Source of the DNA: Bdellovibrionales bacterium
GTDB taxonomy: Bacteria; Bdellovibrionota; Bdellovibrionia; Bdellovibrionales; UBA1609
DNA length: 64,000 nt
NCBI GenBank assembly: GCA_965205945.1
Contig: CBDBIB010000003.1
Coordinates: 384,394 to 448,393 of the forward strand
Direction: 5' to 3'
Shown here: piece by piece, positions 1 to 9,828 of the stretch
How the letters are laid out: each line of letters begins with the position of its first letter
Position numbering within the stretch: the stretch's first letter is position 1
Program-made: the position numbers and the translations under genes
The notes under the pieces: model-generated
Told to the model about the DNA's origin: nothing
Database searches by the model: none
What the model saw: the letters and a program-made list of their open reading frames with translations, nothing else

Positions 1-480
1 CTTAAGTCTTTTAGATTCAGCTCTTAATACTAAAGGATTCACACCTCCAATGAGTGAAAAACTAAAGACATTAATTTTATTAGCTTTAATCTCTAAAACT
101 ACCGGATCTAATGCATTTTCAGGTAAAGGGGCTTGATCTACAGCCCTTTGAACCTCATCAATAATATCTTTTTTTTCTAAATAATTAGGATCAAGCTGAA
201 TACTAATGGTTCCAATTCCTTCAGAAGCTGAAGATCTATATTCTTTAATCCCATCAATTTCATCAATCTTATCCTCTATAGGTTTTAAGATTAGTTCCTC
301 AATATCTACAGCGGAAGCTCCATTATAAGCTACTGTAATTGCAATTCTATCAAAATTTACGGCAGGTCGAGCCTCCCTTCTCATTTTAATAAGCGAGTAT
401 CCCCCTAAAGCTATGATTGCAGCTGTAATATAATGAATAAATAATGAGTTTTTAAGTAAAAATTTAATTAAATTTTTCAA
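1..480 (-). CDS. RND efflux transporter permease (AcrB/AcrD/AcrF family), N-terminal part, runs off the window start
   Basis: Not in the ORF track. Manual translation from TTG at 480: MKNLIKFLLKNSLFIHYITAAIIALGGYSLIKMRREARPAVNFDRIAITVAYNGASAVDIEELILKPIEDKIDEIDGIKEYRSSASEG, a typical AcrB-family N-terminus. Directly downstream of a TolC-like gene. Confidence 0.88.
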   Translation of the reverse strand, partial: MKNLIKFLLKNSLFIHYITAAIIALGGYSLIKMRREARPAVNFDRIAITVAYNGASAVDIEELILKPIEDKIDEIDGIKEYRSSASEGIGTISIQLDPNYLEKKDIIDEVQRAVDQAPLPENALDPVVLEIKANKINVFSFSLIGGVNPLVLRAESKRLK

Positions 481-1918
481 AATTATCCCCTGATAAGCTG
501 TAGTAGTCTATGCGAAAGAGTGTTTGGTTATATTTAAATTCTAAGGCTCGTTCTAAACTATTTAAATAGTTAATTTGAGCTTCAACAAGGTTTCTAATTC
601 CACCACGTCCATTTTTAAAATCTTTTTTAAATAAAATTGATTTTCTTTTTTGTAAGTTAACTAAATTTTTAACTTGTTTATTTGCCTTAATTAAATAGGT
701 TAAGGTTGTTAAAAATTTATTTTCATCTCGCTCTAAGCTTTTTTTCAACTGATCAAACTCTAATGACTGTAGCCTTTTTTCAGCATTAAGTTTTTTGGCG
801 CTAATTTTATCAGCAGACTCTCCAAATTCATATCGTAAGTTGATCCCTAAACTGTGAGTGGGAAGGTTAAAATCTAAGGATTTAAATACTGAATCAATAA
901 CACCATTTTGGCTAGCTTGTGATTTTAAACTGTAGTTTAAGTTTATTTCTGGAAACATTTTAAATTTCATTGATGCTGCTTGAGCTTTTAATGCCTCTAA
1001 AGTTTTTTTTGCTAATTGATAATCAAGGTTTTTCTTCAAGTTGATTTTTAAAGCAGTGTTGTCTTTAGAAAAATTTGCGTCTGATACTATAATGAGTGTA
1101 TTTAATGGGAGCCCTGATGTTTTTAATAATGATATTTGATTTATATTTAGATTGTTAGTTGCGGTTTCTTTATCCAATAAGCAGTTCTGGAATAAAACTT
1201 TAATGATAAGATAATCTTTTTCTCTAATGAGTTTTTTTTTAAATCTGTTTGATGAAATTTTATGAAGCTGTATATACTCATTACACTGTGTTTTAAGAAT
1301 TTTTAAGCGCTTATAGCTTTTTAGGTATGTAAAATAACTTTTTAATACTTTTATTGAAAAAACTTTATCTGCATTTTCTTTAGCTAAATTAGCGATTTCA
1401 TCTTTTATTTTCTTTTGTGTTATTACAGATAAACTACTTTTGCTTAAAATAGTTTTCATTAAATTAATTCGAAGGCCTGTTTCTAAAGATGCGGTCTGGT
1501 ACTTTACAGCGCCCACGCTTGGAAAAGCTCTTGAGACATCTTCAGTTGAAAAATTTAGGAATGGAGTCATACCCAAGGCTGTTTTTTTTTCTAACTTAAA
1601 ACTTGTACTTGTAGCAAGATTTTGCCCTGCTGGAGCAAAAGGAGATGTTGATGGTATTTCTGCATTTTTATTTAAAATATCACCTAAAAATGTCCAATTA
1701 TACATCTTAAGTAAGCTGTTTGCATTTAAACTGTCTATTTCAAACTGAGTTTTAATTTTATTATATTCAACGCTATGTATTTTAGCCATTCTTAGTAAAT
1801 CTTTATGGGATTTTACTACTAGCCTTGAATCACTCCAAGATTGAAAACAAAAAATTTGAAATAAAAGTATAAATAATTTTAATTTATTCCTATGATGTAA
1901 GCGATCCAAGATTCGCAA
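464..1918 (-). CDS. TolC-family outer membrane efflux protein
   Basis: Signal-peptide-like N-terminus, OEP-like helical repeats (FPEINLNYSL, F..G.G.IRNLVEAQ), next to an RND permease. Start codon uncertain. Confidence 0.75.
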   Translation of the reverse strand: MRILDRLHHRNKLKLFILLFQIFCFQSWSDSRLVVKSHKDLLRMAKIHSVEYNKIKTQFEIDSLNANSLLKMYNWTFLGDILNKNAEIPSTSPFAPAGQNLATSTSFKLEKKTALGMTPFLNFSTEDVSRAFPSVGAVKYQTASLETGLRINLMKTILSKSSLSVITQKKIKDEIANLAKENADKVFSIKVLKSYFTYLKSYKRLKILKTQCNEYIQLHKISSNRFKKKLIREKDYLIIKVLFQNCLLDKETATNNLNINQISLLKTSGLPLNTLIIVSDANFSKDNTALKINLKKNLDYQLAKKTLEALKAQAASMKFKMFPEINLNYSLKSQASQNGVIDSVFKSLDFNLPTHSLGINLRYEFGESADKISAKKLNAEKRLQSLEFDQLKKSLERDENKFLTTLTYLIKANKQVKNLVNLQKRKSILFKKDFKNGRGGIRNLVEAQINYLNSLERALEFKYNQTLFRIDYYSLSGDNFEKFN

Positions 1919-2664
1919 TGTTCCCCCTGTGTAACTCTAATAAATTTCCCATTGCCGTTGCCGTTTTTATCCGTACCCTCCCACATAATGGCTACATCCT
2001 TAAAACCAACTTCTAGCATAATTTCTTTAATTTCAGGAATGCTCCACATTCTCCAATCATATGAAAAAACTTTTTCTTTTTTTTTCTCTCCATCTCTTTG
2101 AAAATGGATATAAAATTGTGCAAAATTTGATACAGGATCAAAACTGTCTTGATCCCAAAAATATGAGAACCCTTCATTATACTCAGTTTCTTCTTCAACA
2201 GGTTCTGTTGTCGCCGTTCCACCAAAACAATCTACTATAAATATACCATTTTTTTTAAGGCCTCTGTAAGCTGCTTTAAAATACTTTTTAAGCTTATCTC
2301 TGTTCTTAAAAATATAATATGAAAAGTTAGAAGCACTTATTATATCTGCTTGAGGGTTTGAGTCTATCATTACGTTTTTGTTAAGTATTAAAACTCTTTC
2401 TTGCTGCTCAGGGCTTAACGCTGTAAGGTAGTTGTTTTTGCCATACTTAATGGGCTCTAAATCTAAATCTATACCGATGGCTTTTTTGTTGCTATTTAAC
2501 TTAACCCACTCACAAGAGATTGAAAATGTTCCACAGAAATCTTCTCTTAATATTTTTGCCTCCTTACCTTTGATTTTCTTATAAGTTTTATCAAAAAATT
2601 TAACATCAATTTTAGGAGATTGAACGGATGTATGGTAATAGTAATACTTGTCAAATTTTTTCAT
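1879..2664 (-). CDS. Class I SAM-dependent methyltransferase
   Basis: LREDFCGT motif I, GIDLD motif II, GLKKNGIFIVDCFGG. Confidence 0.8.
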   Translation of the reverse strand: MKKFDKYYYYHTSVQSPKIDVKFFDKTYKKIKGKEAKILREDFCGTFSISCEWVKLNSNKKAIGIDLDLEPIKYGKNNYLTALSPEQQERVLILNKNVMIDSNPQADIISASNFSYYIFKNRDKLKKYFKAAYRGLKKNGIFIVDCFGGTATTEPVEEETEYNEGFSYFWDQDSFDPVSNFAQFYIHFQRDGEKKKEKVFSYDWRMWSIPEIKEIMLEVGFKDVAIMWEGTDKNGNGNGKFIRVTQGEHCESWIAYIIGIN

Positions 2665-3743
2665 TATGGGACTACCTTTAAAATTTCATTTATTTTTTTT
2701 TCGATTTCTTCTTTATATGGAACAGTAGCCTCTTCTAAATTAGGGTGTAACCCAATTCCTGGAACATTCTTGCCAGCAAGTACTTTAGGAGGGGCATAGA
2801 TTTGGTAAAAAAGATCTGATGTTATCACTCTATAACTTAAATGCTCTGCAAAATTTGTAACTTCAGTTTCTTCATTTACAAACAATACTCTTTTTGTTTT
2901 TTTAATTGAATTATAAACCATTTCCCAATCGTAAGGGTAAAGGGACCTTAAGTCGATGACCTCTATAGAAGCCCTGTGTTTTTTAGCAATATTTTTACAA
3001 ATCAAGAGTGTTCGACCATAACTTACAATGGTTAGATCTGATCCTTGAGTAACAATCTTTGCTTTTCCTATTGGAATTTTAAATTCTCTTATAGGTGGCC
3101 AGTTAGGCTTCCAATTTGACCTGTCTCCTAAAGGGGCATCAATGGCTTCTTTTAAAGACTTGTCATTTTTAAACTCTCCAGGAATAAGCTTGTCTCCTTT
3201 TATTCTAAGGAGAGCTTTGGGTTTTAAAAACATTACTGGATTTGGATCTTTTATTGCTGATAATAATAAGCCATAGGCATCTAAAGGGTTTGATGGTATA
3301 ACAATTTTCCACCCTGGAAGCCTTGTGGCCCATCCATCAAAACTATGGCTATGATAAATGGATCCTCTAATTCCAGCACCAACTGGTGTCATTAAGGTAA
3401 TGGGTAAATTGTAATTGCCATTTGAGGACCAATTCAGGCTTCCTGCATACTTTAAAAGATCAAGCGTATTAAAAATATAATCACAAAACTGAATTTCAGC
3501 AACACAGCGTTCTCCAGCAAGTCCTAAGCCAATTGCTGTAGATACAATACCTCTTTCATCAAGGGGTGTGTTCCATGCGCTCTTTAGTCCTTGAGTTGCT
3601 GTAAATACTCCACCTAAAGGAGCCCCAACATCCTGGCCAAAAGTGTCGTTTAAACTATAGTTTTCTTCTGCAAAATGTAGAGCCATTCTAATTGCCTGAG
3701 CCATATTTGCCATTTTAAAATTTTCTCCAGTCTGCGTTCTCAT
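2664..3743 (-). CDS. 2-oxoacid (pyruvate/branched-chain) dehydrogenase E1 beta subunit
   Basis: GQDVG..GGVF, NTPLDE, AEIQFCDY, HSHS, EVIDLRSLYPYD. Likely start is the internal M of MANMAQAIR. Confidence 0.92.
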   Translation of the reverse strand: MRTQTGENFKMANMAQAIRMALHFAEENYSLNDTFGQDVGAPLGGVFTATQGLKSAWNTPLDERGIVSTAIGLGLAGERCVAEIQFCDYIFNTLDLLKYAGSLNWSSNGNYNLPITLMTPVGAGIRGSIYHSHSFDGWATRLPGWKIVIPSNPLDAYGLLLSAIKDPNPVMFLKPKALLRIKGDKLIPGEFKNDKSLKEAIDAPLGDRSNWKPNWPPIREFKIPIGKAKIVTQGSDLTIVSYGRTLLICKNIAKKHRASIEVIDLRSLYPYDWEMVYNSIKKTKRVLFVNEETEVTNFAEHLSYRVITSDLFYQIYAPPKVLAGKNVPGIGLHPNLEEATVPYKEEIEKKINEILKVVP

Positions 3744-4779
3744 TATTTACAAAAGTGTGATCCCAAATACTATTCATACTAGGGCCTTTTTCTTTTTGAA
3801 TTTTTTTAAATAGAACCATGAATTCGTTATCATAAATATCATACAAAGCTTTGATATCTACAATCTTTAAAATATTTGCTTTAAGAAGTCGTTCTTCAAA
3901 ATTTTTTAATGGATCCTCTATACCAGGAACTAGATTTGCACCAGATGCTGAGGAGTGTCCATAAAGTCTTGAAGTATAAGCCTCTAATAAAACTGGTTTT
4001 TGTTCTTTCCTAATGTAATCAAATGATTCCTTAAGTTTAAGATAAGACTCTATAGGATCATTTCCGTTGATTGTTAAGGATCTAATCCCAAAGGGTTTTC
4101 CTCTATCTGAAATTTTTTCTTCACTATGTTGCTCATCATATGAGGTAGAAATTCCCCAGTTGTTATTCTGAACAGTTATTAATATGGGAAGCTCATTTTT
4201 AGGCCGTGAAGACCAAATCAAGCAAGTTGCAAAATCACCTTCTGCTGTACCAGCATCACCACCTGTGACGATGGATATACCGCCTTTGTTGTAGCGTTTT
4301 TGAGATCGAGCAGTGCCTAAGGCTAAACCATATTGAATTTCAATGGGACTTGAAACTGGTGTTACGTTCATCTTTGGAAAACAGTAATGGTTTGAAAAGT
4401 TTCTTCCCCCTGTACAAATATCTCCCTTTTTATTCATTATAAGCCTTATTGAATCCTCAGGATTCATACCCATAGCTACTAAAGTTGGTGTGCTGCGATA
4501 ATGTAAATGAAGATAATCATAAGCAAGGCCTTGACCTATTTTTGTAAGCATTCCTAAAGGAACACCAAAGGCCTCTTCACCTGGGGATCCAATCCAGAAA
4601 AAAGCCTTCCCGGTTTTATAGATTTTAATAAGTCGTTCCTCTAAGACTCTTGATTTAACCATGAGACTATATATAGAGTTTAAAAGAGCCTTATTTAAAC
4701 CTCCAAACTTATCTGTCCTGTTTAAAGCTATAGATTTTTTTTTTCTTGGCTTTTTTGTTTTCTCTAGTACTAGAGTCAT
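3715..4779 (-). CDS. 2-oxoacid dehydrogenase E1 alpha subunit (TPP-dependent)
   Basis: TPP motif GDAGTAEGDF...NNNWGIS, RLYGHSSA, paired with E1 beta. Confidence 0.92.
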   Translation of the reverse strand: MTLVLEKTKKPRKKKSIALNRTDKFGGLNKALLNSIYSLMVKSRVLEERLIKIYKTGKAFFWIGSPGEEAFGVPLGMLTKIGQGLAYDYLHLHYRSTPTLVAMGMNPEDSIRLIMNKKGDICTGGRNFSNHYCFPKMNVTPVSSPIEIQYGLALGTARSQKRYNKGGISIVTGGDAGTAEGDFATCLIWSSRPKNELPILITVQNNNWGISTSYDEQHSEEKISDRGKPFGIRSLTINGNDPIESYLKLKESFDYIRKEQKPVLLEAYTSRLYGHSSASGANLVPGIEDPLKNFEERLLKANILKIVDIKALYDIYDNEFMVLFKKIQKEKGPSMNSIWDHTFVNNENADWRKF

Positions 4780-5480
4780 AAAAACTCCTTACATGGGTGA
4801 TCATTTAGTTAGTAAAATTGGGTTAAAGAATAAAATTTTATATTAAATGAGTTTTCCTTGTTGCTAATCTTATTTTAATAGGTTTTATATTCATTAAGTT
4901 ATTTAATCTCATTAAAGGCTCAAAGCCTGATTTAATTTTTAATCTATTCTTTATTTTTTTACTCCTTTAATCTAAATGATTATGTAGTTAATTGTTTATA
5001 TAGCTTTTGTGATTTTTAAATAAAATCCAACATATTTCTAGTACAAACTGCTTTTTGGGGATTTACTGCATAACGCGTTGAATTTGGTTTCTTATTTAAA
5101 CATCTTTATATGGATGTTTTTTTTGATTCAGCTTTAATAAGTTTATTTTTTAAGCTTAAAGGCTCTTTTGTGGTAAGAAAACTAAATATTTCGTTAAAAG
5201 GCAGGGCTGTACTAGCAGGGTTGTAAAATTCTTATTGCCTAGATCTAATCTAATGCGCCTTTCCATCTAGGTTGGTAACAAGAAGGTATATAAAGTGCAA
5301 AAAACTGATTTAAGTCATGAGTATTTAAATTCTTTCTTGGTGGTTTAAAGTAGAGGGTAAACATCCGCGGCCCTTAGCTTTAGGTAAGATTCTAGCTAGA
5401 GACGTTACTTATTTAAGTTTAGTGGAGAGTATAAGGGGAAAAAACTAATTAACTAAATTTTTTAAAGGAAAAATATAAAG

Positions 5481-7478
5481 TTATATTGGGGAAGTCAAAG
5501 TTGATCTTTTTTCGTGCAATAAAATAAGATCCAGAGCAATATTTAAAGCTTCATCGATATCAGCTCTTTGAAAATACTTTTTTTGCTTTTCTTCTTTGCT
5601 TAAAATTTTGTCAGAATCTTTTTTTTCACTTTTTTCTTTCATAATTTCAGCAAGATTTAAGACTTTTCCTCTTTCTTTAGATTTTTTGATTTCATCTATA
5701 ATTTCTTTAAATTTTTTACTTTTTTCTACTCTTATTTTAGATGCTAACTGAAGAGAAGCCACCATTTTTTTATCTATGATTTGCCACTTTGAAGGACCGT
5801 AATGAACAAAAGCATCTGATGAAATAAATGATGCTAACTTTTTTGGAGGTAGTGAGTAATCATACGTTTTCTCACCAATATCTTCATTTGAGAAAATACT
5901 TGGTAAAACCACATCAGCATCCACTCCCCTATGTTGAGTTGAATAGCCGCCTGCTGTAAAAAACATACCGATAGTTATTTTTAAAGCCCCTAATCCTTTA
6001 GGAAGATCTTTTATTGATTGAACAGTTCCTTTACCAAAGGTATGATCACCACCAACAATTACAGCCCTGCCATAATCTTTTAAAGCGCCTGAAACAATTT
6101 CAGAAGCACTTGCAGAGGCTCTACTAATTAAAATTACTAATGGTCCACTATAGTTAACTGTTTTATCCGTATCAGCTAAAGCCATTGCAGGTATTTTAGG
6201 ATCAGGAAAAGACTGTTTTACAATATTACCTGTTTTTAAGAAAAGACCTCCAATTTTAACAGCATCACTAAGATTTCCACCACCATTACTAGACAGATCA
6301 AGAACAACACCATTGACCCCTCTAATCTTAGCTTTGTTTAAAAGTTTTTTTACGTCTTTAGCTGAACTTCTTCCGTTTCTTACGCCATCAGCATAAAAAC
6401 TGGGAAGGTTTATAAGACCTATTATCTTTTTTTCATCTCCTACTATTTTTGTATGATATGTAATTTTAGCCGCTTCATCTTCCAAACTAATTTTATCTCT
6501 AACCAGCATAATTTGTATGCGGCTTGTTTTACCTTTTTCTTTTCTTAAAACGGAAAGAAAAACTTTTGTTCCTTTTTTCCCACGTATTTTTTTAACAACA
6601 TCATTAAGCTCCATTTCAATAACATTTTCAGCTTTTATAGCCCCATCCTGTCTAACGGCAACGATTTTATCTTTTGGCTTAATTTGTCCTGATTTATCCG
6701 CTGCACCACCAGGAACCAGGCTCTCAACTACAGTAAATCCATCTTTCCAAGAAAGAGTTGCCCCAATTCCTTCTAGAGAAAGACTCATTTGAATTTTAAA
6801 GTTCTCTAAATCATCAGCTGAAAAGAATGCTGAGTGTGGATCTAGAGCATGCGCATAAGCACTTAAATACTTGATTAAATGATCCTGTTGTGTTTCTTGT
6901 TTTAATTTTTTTAAAATACGTTCGTAGTTTTTAATTACATTTTTTTTAGCTTCGTTAATCTTAATATCTGACATTAAATAATTTGAAATCTGAAATTGGA
7001 TGTATTTTTCATGAAATCCATTCATTTTTTTAACTGAGTCAAATCTTTTTCTTTTATCAGCATCTAATATAATTTTAATATTTTTATCAAATTTATAATC
7101 TTTTCCTAAGAAATTTTTAACAAATAAGACTCTTTCTTTAATTTTTTTAATAACATATGTACTGGCATTATAAATCGATGAACATTCAGTGTTTTGAGTT
7201 TTTTTAAAAATGCCTGAGTACATCTTTCTAATTTTATTCTCATCACTTCTAAGTAAATATATTTTAAGAGGATCTAATCTTTTTAAAACTTGATCTATAA
7301 CTCTTTTTTCTAAATCGGGTGTAAATTTTTTATGCTTAACGTGTTGGTTTAAATACCCTTCTTGAATGGCTGGCATATATTTACAAGCCAACAATTCTGT
7401 AGACTGCTGTGCAAAAGCACTTCCAGTTATAAATATTATAAAACTTGTAACTGTAGAAATTTGTTTAAATATTGTCAT
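5481..7478 (-). CDS. prc: Carboxy-terminal processing protease (S41A, Prc/Tsp-like) with PDZ domain
   Basis: LDPHS, SLEGIGA PDZ entry, SASASEI catalytic Ser, TFGKGTVQ Lys. ATG at 7478 has an AAGGA SD and gives a signal peptide; the ORF track starts at 7520. Confidence 0.88.
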   Translation of the reverse strand: MTIFKQISTVTSFIIFITGSAFAQQSTELLACKYMPAIQEGYLNQHVKHKKFTPDLEKRVIDQVLKRLDPLKIYLLRSDENKIRKMYSGIFKKTQNTECSSIYNASTYVIKKIKERVLFVKNFLGKDYKFDKNIKIILDADKRKRFDSVKKMNGFHEKYIQFQISNYLMSDIKINEAKKNVIKNYERILKKLKQETQQDHLIKYLSAYAHALDPHSAFFSADDLENFKIQMSLSLEGIGATLSWKDGFTVVESLVPGGAADKSGQIKPKDKIVAVRQDGAIKAENVIEMELNDVVKKIRGKKGTKVFLSVLRKEKGKTSRIQIMLVRDKISLEDEAAKITYHTKIVGDEKKIIGLINLPSFYADGVRNGRSSAKDVKKLLNKAKIRGVNGVVLDLSSNGGGNLSDAVKIGGLFLKTGNIVKQSFPDPKIPAMALADTDKTVNYSGPLVILISRASASASEIVSGALKDYGRAVIVGGDHTFGKGTVQSIKDLPKGLGALKITIGMFFTAGGYSTQHRGVDADVVLPSIFSNEDIGEKTYDYSLPPKKLASFISSDAFVHYGPSKWQIIDKKMVASLQLASKIRVEKSKKFKEIIDEIKKSKERGKVLNLAEIMKEKSEKKDSDKILSKEEKQKKYFQRADIDEALNIALDLILLHEKRSTLTSPI

Positions 7479-7959
7479 AGAATCCTTTCTGAAACTAAAT
7501 TGATGAGAAAATTTTATCATTTATCTATCGGCTGGTTTACTTTAAAAGAAAAATAGACTCAGATTCAAACCTTAAACTAGTTTAAAAATAGACACTTTAT
7601 AAATACTGGACTTTAGTTTTATTTTTAAGTGGATTAATATGGGTAAAAACTGTTTAAAAGCGTAATCAATAAGATTTATTTTTTAAAATATTTTGGGAAA
7701 TCCTCTTTTCTAGAGCTAAAGATTTAATAGGGTAAAAATGGGGCGGAGTTAGAATTTTGAGTGAGTCAATTAAAGAAGTTTAGTGTAGGAAATTTCCTTG
7801 TTGGGGTTTGTAAGGGCCTTGTCTACTCTAAAGTGCCACAGTAAGGAGGTTACTAAGTTTAAAAACTTATAATTACCTATTCATTGTCTCATGTTGGAAC
7901 ATTTTGGAGTCATTAATAACGGCTCAATTCGGATTTTTTTTTATTTTAGTTAAAAAAAC

Positions 7960-7987
7960 TAAATTAGATTTTAATTTAAGCCGATAG
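7960..7987 (+). promoter_or_regulatory. Putative sigma28 (FliA)-type promoter
   Basis: TAAA-N16-GCCGATAG upstream of the ORF at 8046. Confidence 0.55.
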
Positions 7988-8045
7988 GATTTTAGTTAGG
8001 CTAGATCTAGAAGCAAATTTACATAAAAGGAATTGGAAATAAGAG

Positions 8046-8885
8046 TTGAAACAAATAAAATTTAATAATTTTTTAATTTTAGTAGCATTAGGCTTATTTC
8101 TTCCTGATTTCTCTCAAGCTAAAACCTTTTGTACAAAGCTTTCTAAATCTTATAAGAATGAAATTTCAAAAAAATTTAAGCAAGACCCTTTTTTTCTAGT
8201 AGAGTCTTTTTTAAAGATTCCAGAGAGTTCTAAATTTAATAATAGTGTTTTATTAAAAAATAAACTCTTAACCGGTAGTTTTGATCTAAGTAGAATACAA
8301 AAGTCAACTCAAACAAATCTTAAATCCAAAGCCATATCAAATGTTTTTTTTGATTGGATAAGAACACAATATTTTAGTAGTTATGATAAAAATCTATCTG
8401 AAAAAAATGATCACCTTTTAGAAAAAAACAGATATTTTTTAACTAAGCAGGAGCTCTTTGATACTGCTAATTCGTTACGTTTTTCAACTGGAATTGAGAA
8501 AAAATCTTGTTCAAATGAAGAGCGCTTTCTTCTTAGATGCAAAAAACTTTACGTTATTAAAGTTCAAAATACTCCTGCAGTTTCTTGTAAGAATAAAAAT
8601 TTACAGAAAGCTTTTGAAGCAAAGTTTTATTTAACTTTTTCAAGAAAATATGGTTTTAAAATATTAGATATTTCACTATTTGGGAAAAGAATCGTCTTAG
8701 ATTCAATGAAACATATGTTTTCTCTTAAAAGTAAAGGCTTTAACAACAGTGCTATAGTTTCACATATTTCTCTGCTTTCAAACAGCCCAAACACTTTTCG
8801 ATTTCCTAAAAGACAAGTTAATACGTCTACTTTCTTAGCAACCTTGAAAAATAAAGGTTCTACTCGGCTTCCGGCATCACTTTAA
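8046..8885 (+). CDS. Secreted hypothetical protein, weak MlaC/Ttg2D-like C-terminus
   Basis: Signal peptide (..SQA). FKILDISLFGKRIV loosely resembles MlaC WKI.DV...G.S.V. Ends in RLPAS. Confidence 0.5.
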   Translation: MKQIKFNNFLILVALGLFLPDFSQAKTFCTKLSKSYKNEISKKFKQDPFFLVESFLKIPESSKFNNSVLLKNKLLTGSFDLSRIQKSTQTNLKSKAISNVFFDWIRTQYFSSYDKNLSEKNDHLLEKNRYFLTKQELFDTANSLRFSTGIEKKSCSNEERFLLRCKKLYVIKVQNTPAVSCKNKNLQKAFEAKFYLTFSRKYGFKILDISLFGKRIVLDSMKHMFSLKSKGFNNSAIVSHISLLSNSPNTFRFPKRQVNTSTFLATLKNKGSTRLPASL

Positions 8886-9550
8886 GGGTTCTTATAAAAC
8901 TCTTCCTTACTACGATCAAATATATAATCTATAAAGTTTTTACCCTTAGCTCTTTGAATTGATTGATGCCCCTTTGACACCCATACTGTTTCAAAGCCTA
9001 TTTCTCGTCCTATTTGAAGATCATGTAGAGTGTCCCCAACAACAACACCTTTAATAAAATTGTGCTTTTCTTTAATAGCTCTTCCTCGATGAAGCTTAGA
9101 ACCGCCATTAAAATCCTTTGCTCCAGATAAAACCTTAAAATAATTTGAGATATCATGATGTTTGATTTGAAATTCTAGTTCTGTAATATGTGCGGCTGAA
9201 AAAAGCACCTGTATAACCTTAGCTTCATAAAGATGCCTTAAACAGTCTTCAGCTCCATTGTGAAGCTTTGGTTTATGATGATTGGCTTTGTAATTAACAG
9301 CAAAAAGATCAGTCATTTCATCCCTGCTTATTCCAAGGCGCTCTAAATCCAGCTTATCGTAGTACTTACTTATTGGGAGAGTGAAGTTGTCCTGGTAAAA
9401 CTGTTTTGAAAGTGCTGCAATGCTTTTGCTTTTAAAAATCTGGTTGTTAACGCTTAAAGAATAATCTAGATCATCTAATAATGTTCCATTCCAATCCCAA
9501 AAAATACAGGCTTTTGTCTTAAGATAGCTTAAAAATTCTAAAGAAGTCAT
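8882..9550 (-). CDS. HAD-family hydrolase (phosphoglycolate phosphatase-like)
   Basis: WDWNGTLLDD motif I, FSA motif II, VGDTLHD motif IV. Confidence 0.88.
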   Translation of the reverse strand: MTSLEFLSYLKTKACIFWDWNGTLLDDLDYSLSVNNQIFKSKSIAALSKQFYQDNFTLPISKYYDKLDLERLGISRDEMTDLFAVNYKANHHKPKLHNGAEDCLRHLYEAKVIQVLFSAAHITELEFQIKHHDISNYFKVLSGAKDFNGGSKLHRGRAIKEKHNFIKGVVVGDTLHDLQIGREIGFETVWVSKGHQSIQRAKGKNFIDYIFDRSKEEFYKNP

Positions 9551-9828
9551 AACACCTAAATCACATAAAAACTCTGTATTAGTCCATAAGAAATCGTAAA
9601 ATGACTTAAGGATGAAATAAACTTATAAAAATGCCTCATAATTAGCGGCCTTATTTTTATAATTTATTTGGGCATCGGTCTAGATAACTCTAGATAAGCT
9701 TCTACTTTGCTATTTATAACATAAAATAAGGTGTGAAAATTTTTTTAAATTTAAAGGCAGAGGTATATGAGTAGTCGCCATTTTTTTAAACATAAAATTC
9801 ATAATTTTTTAAAGAAAGTAAGGGTTTT

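Noticed and set aside
4780..5480. 700-bp intergenic gap as ncRNA or pseudogene
   Set aside because: No family motif recognised in any frame I read.
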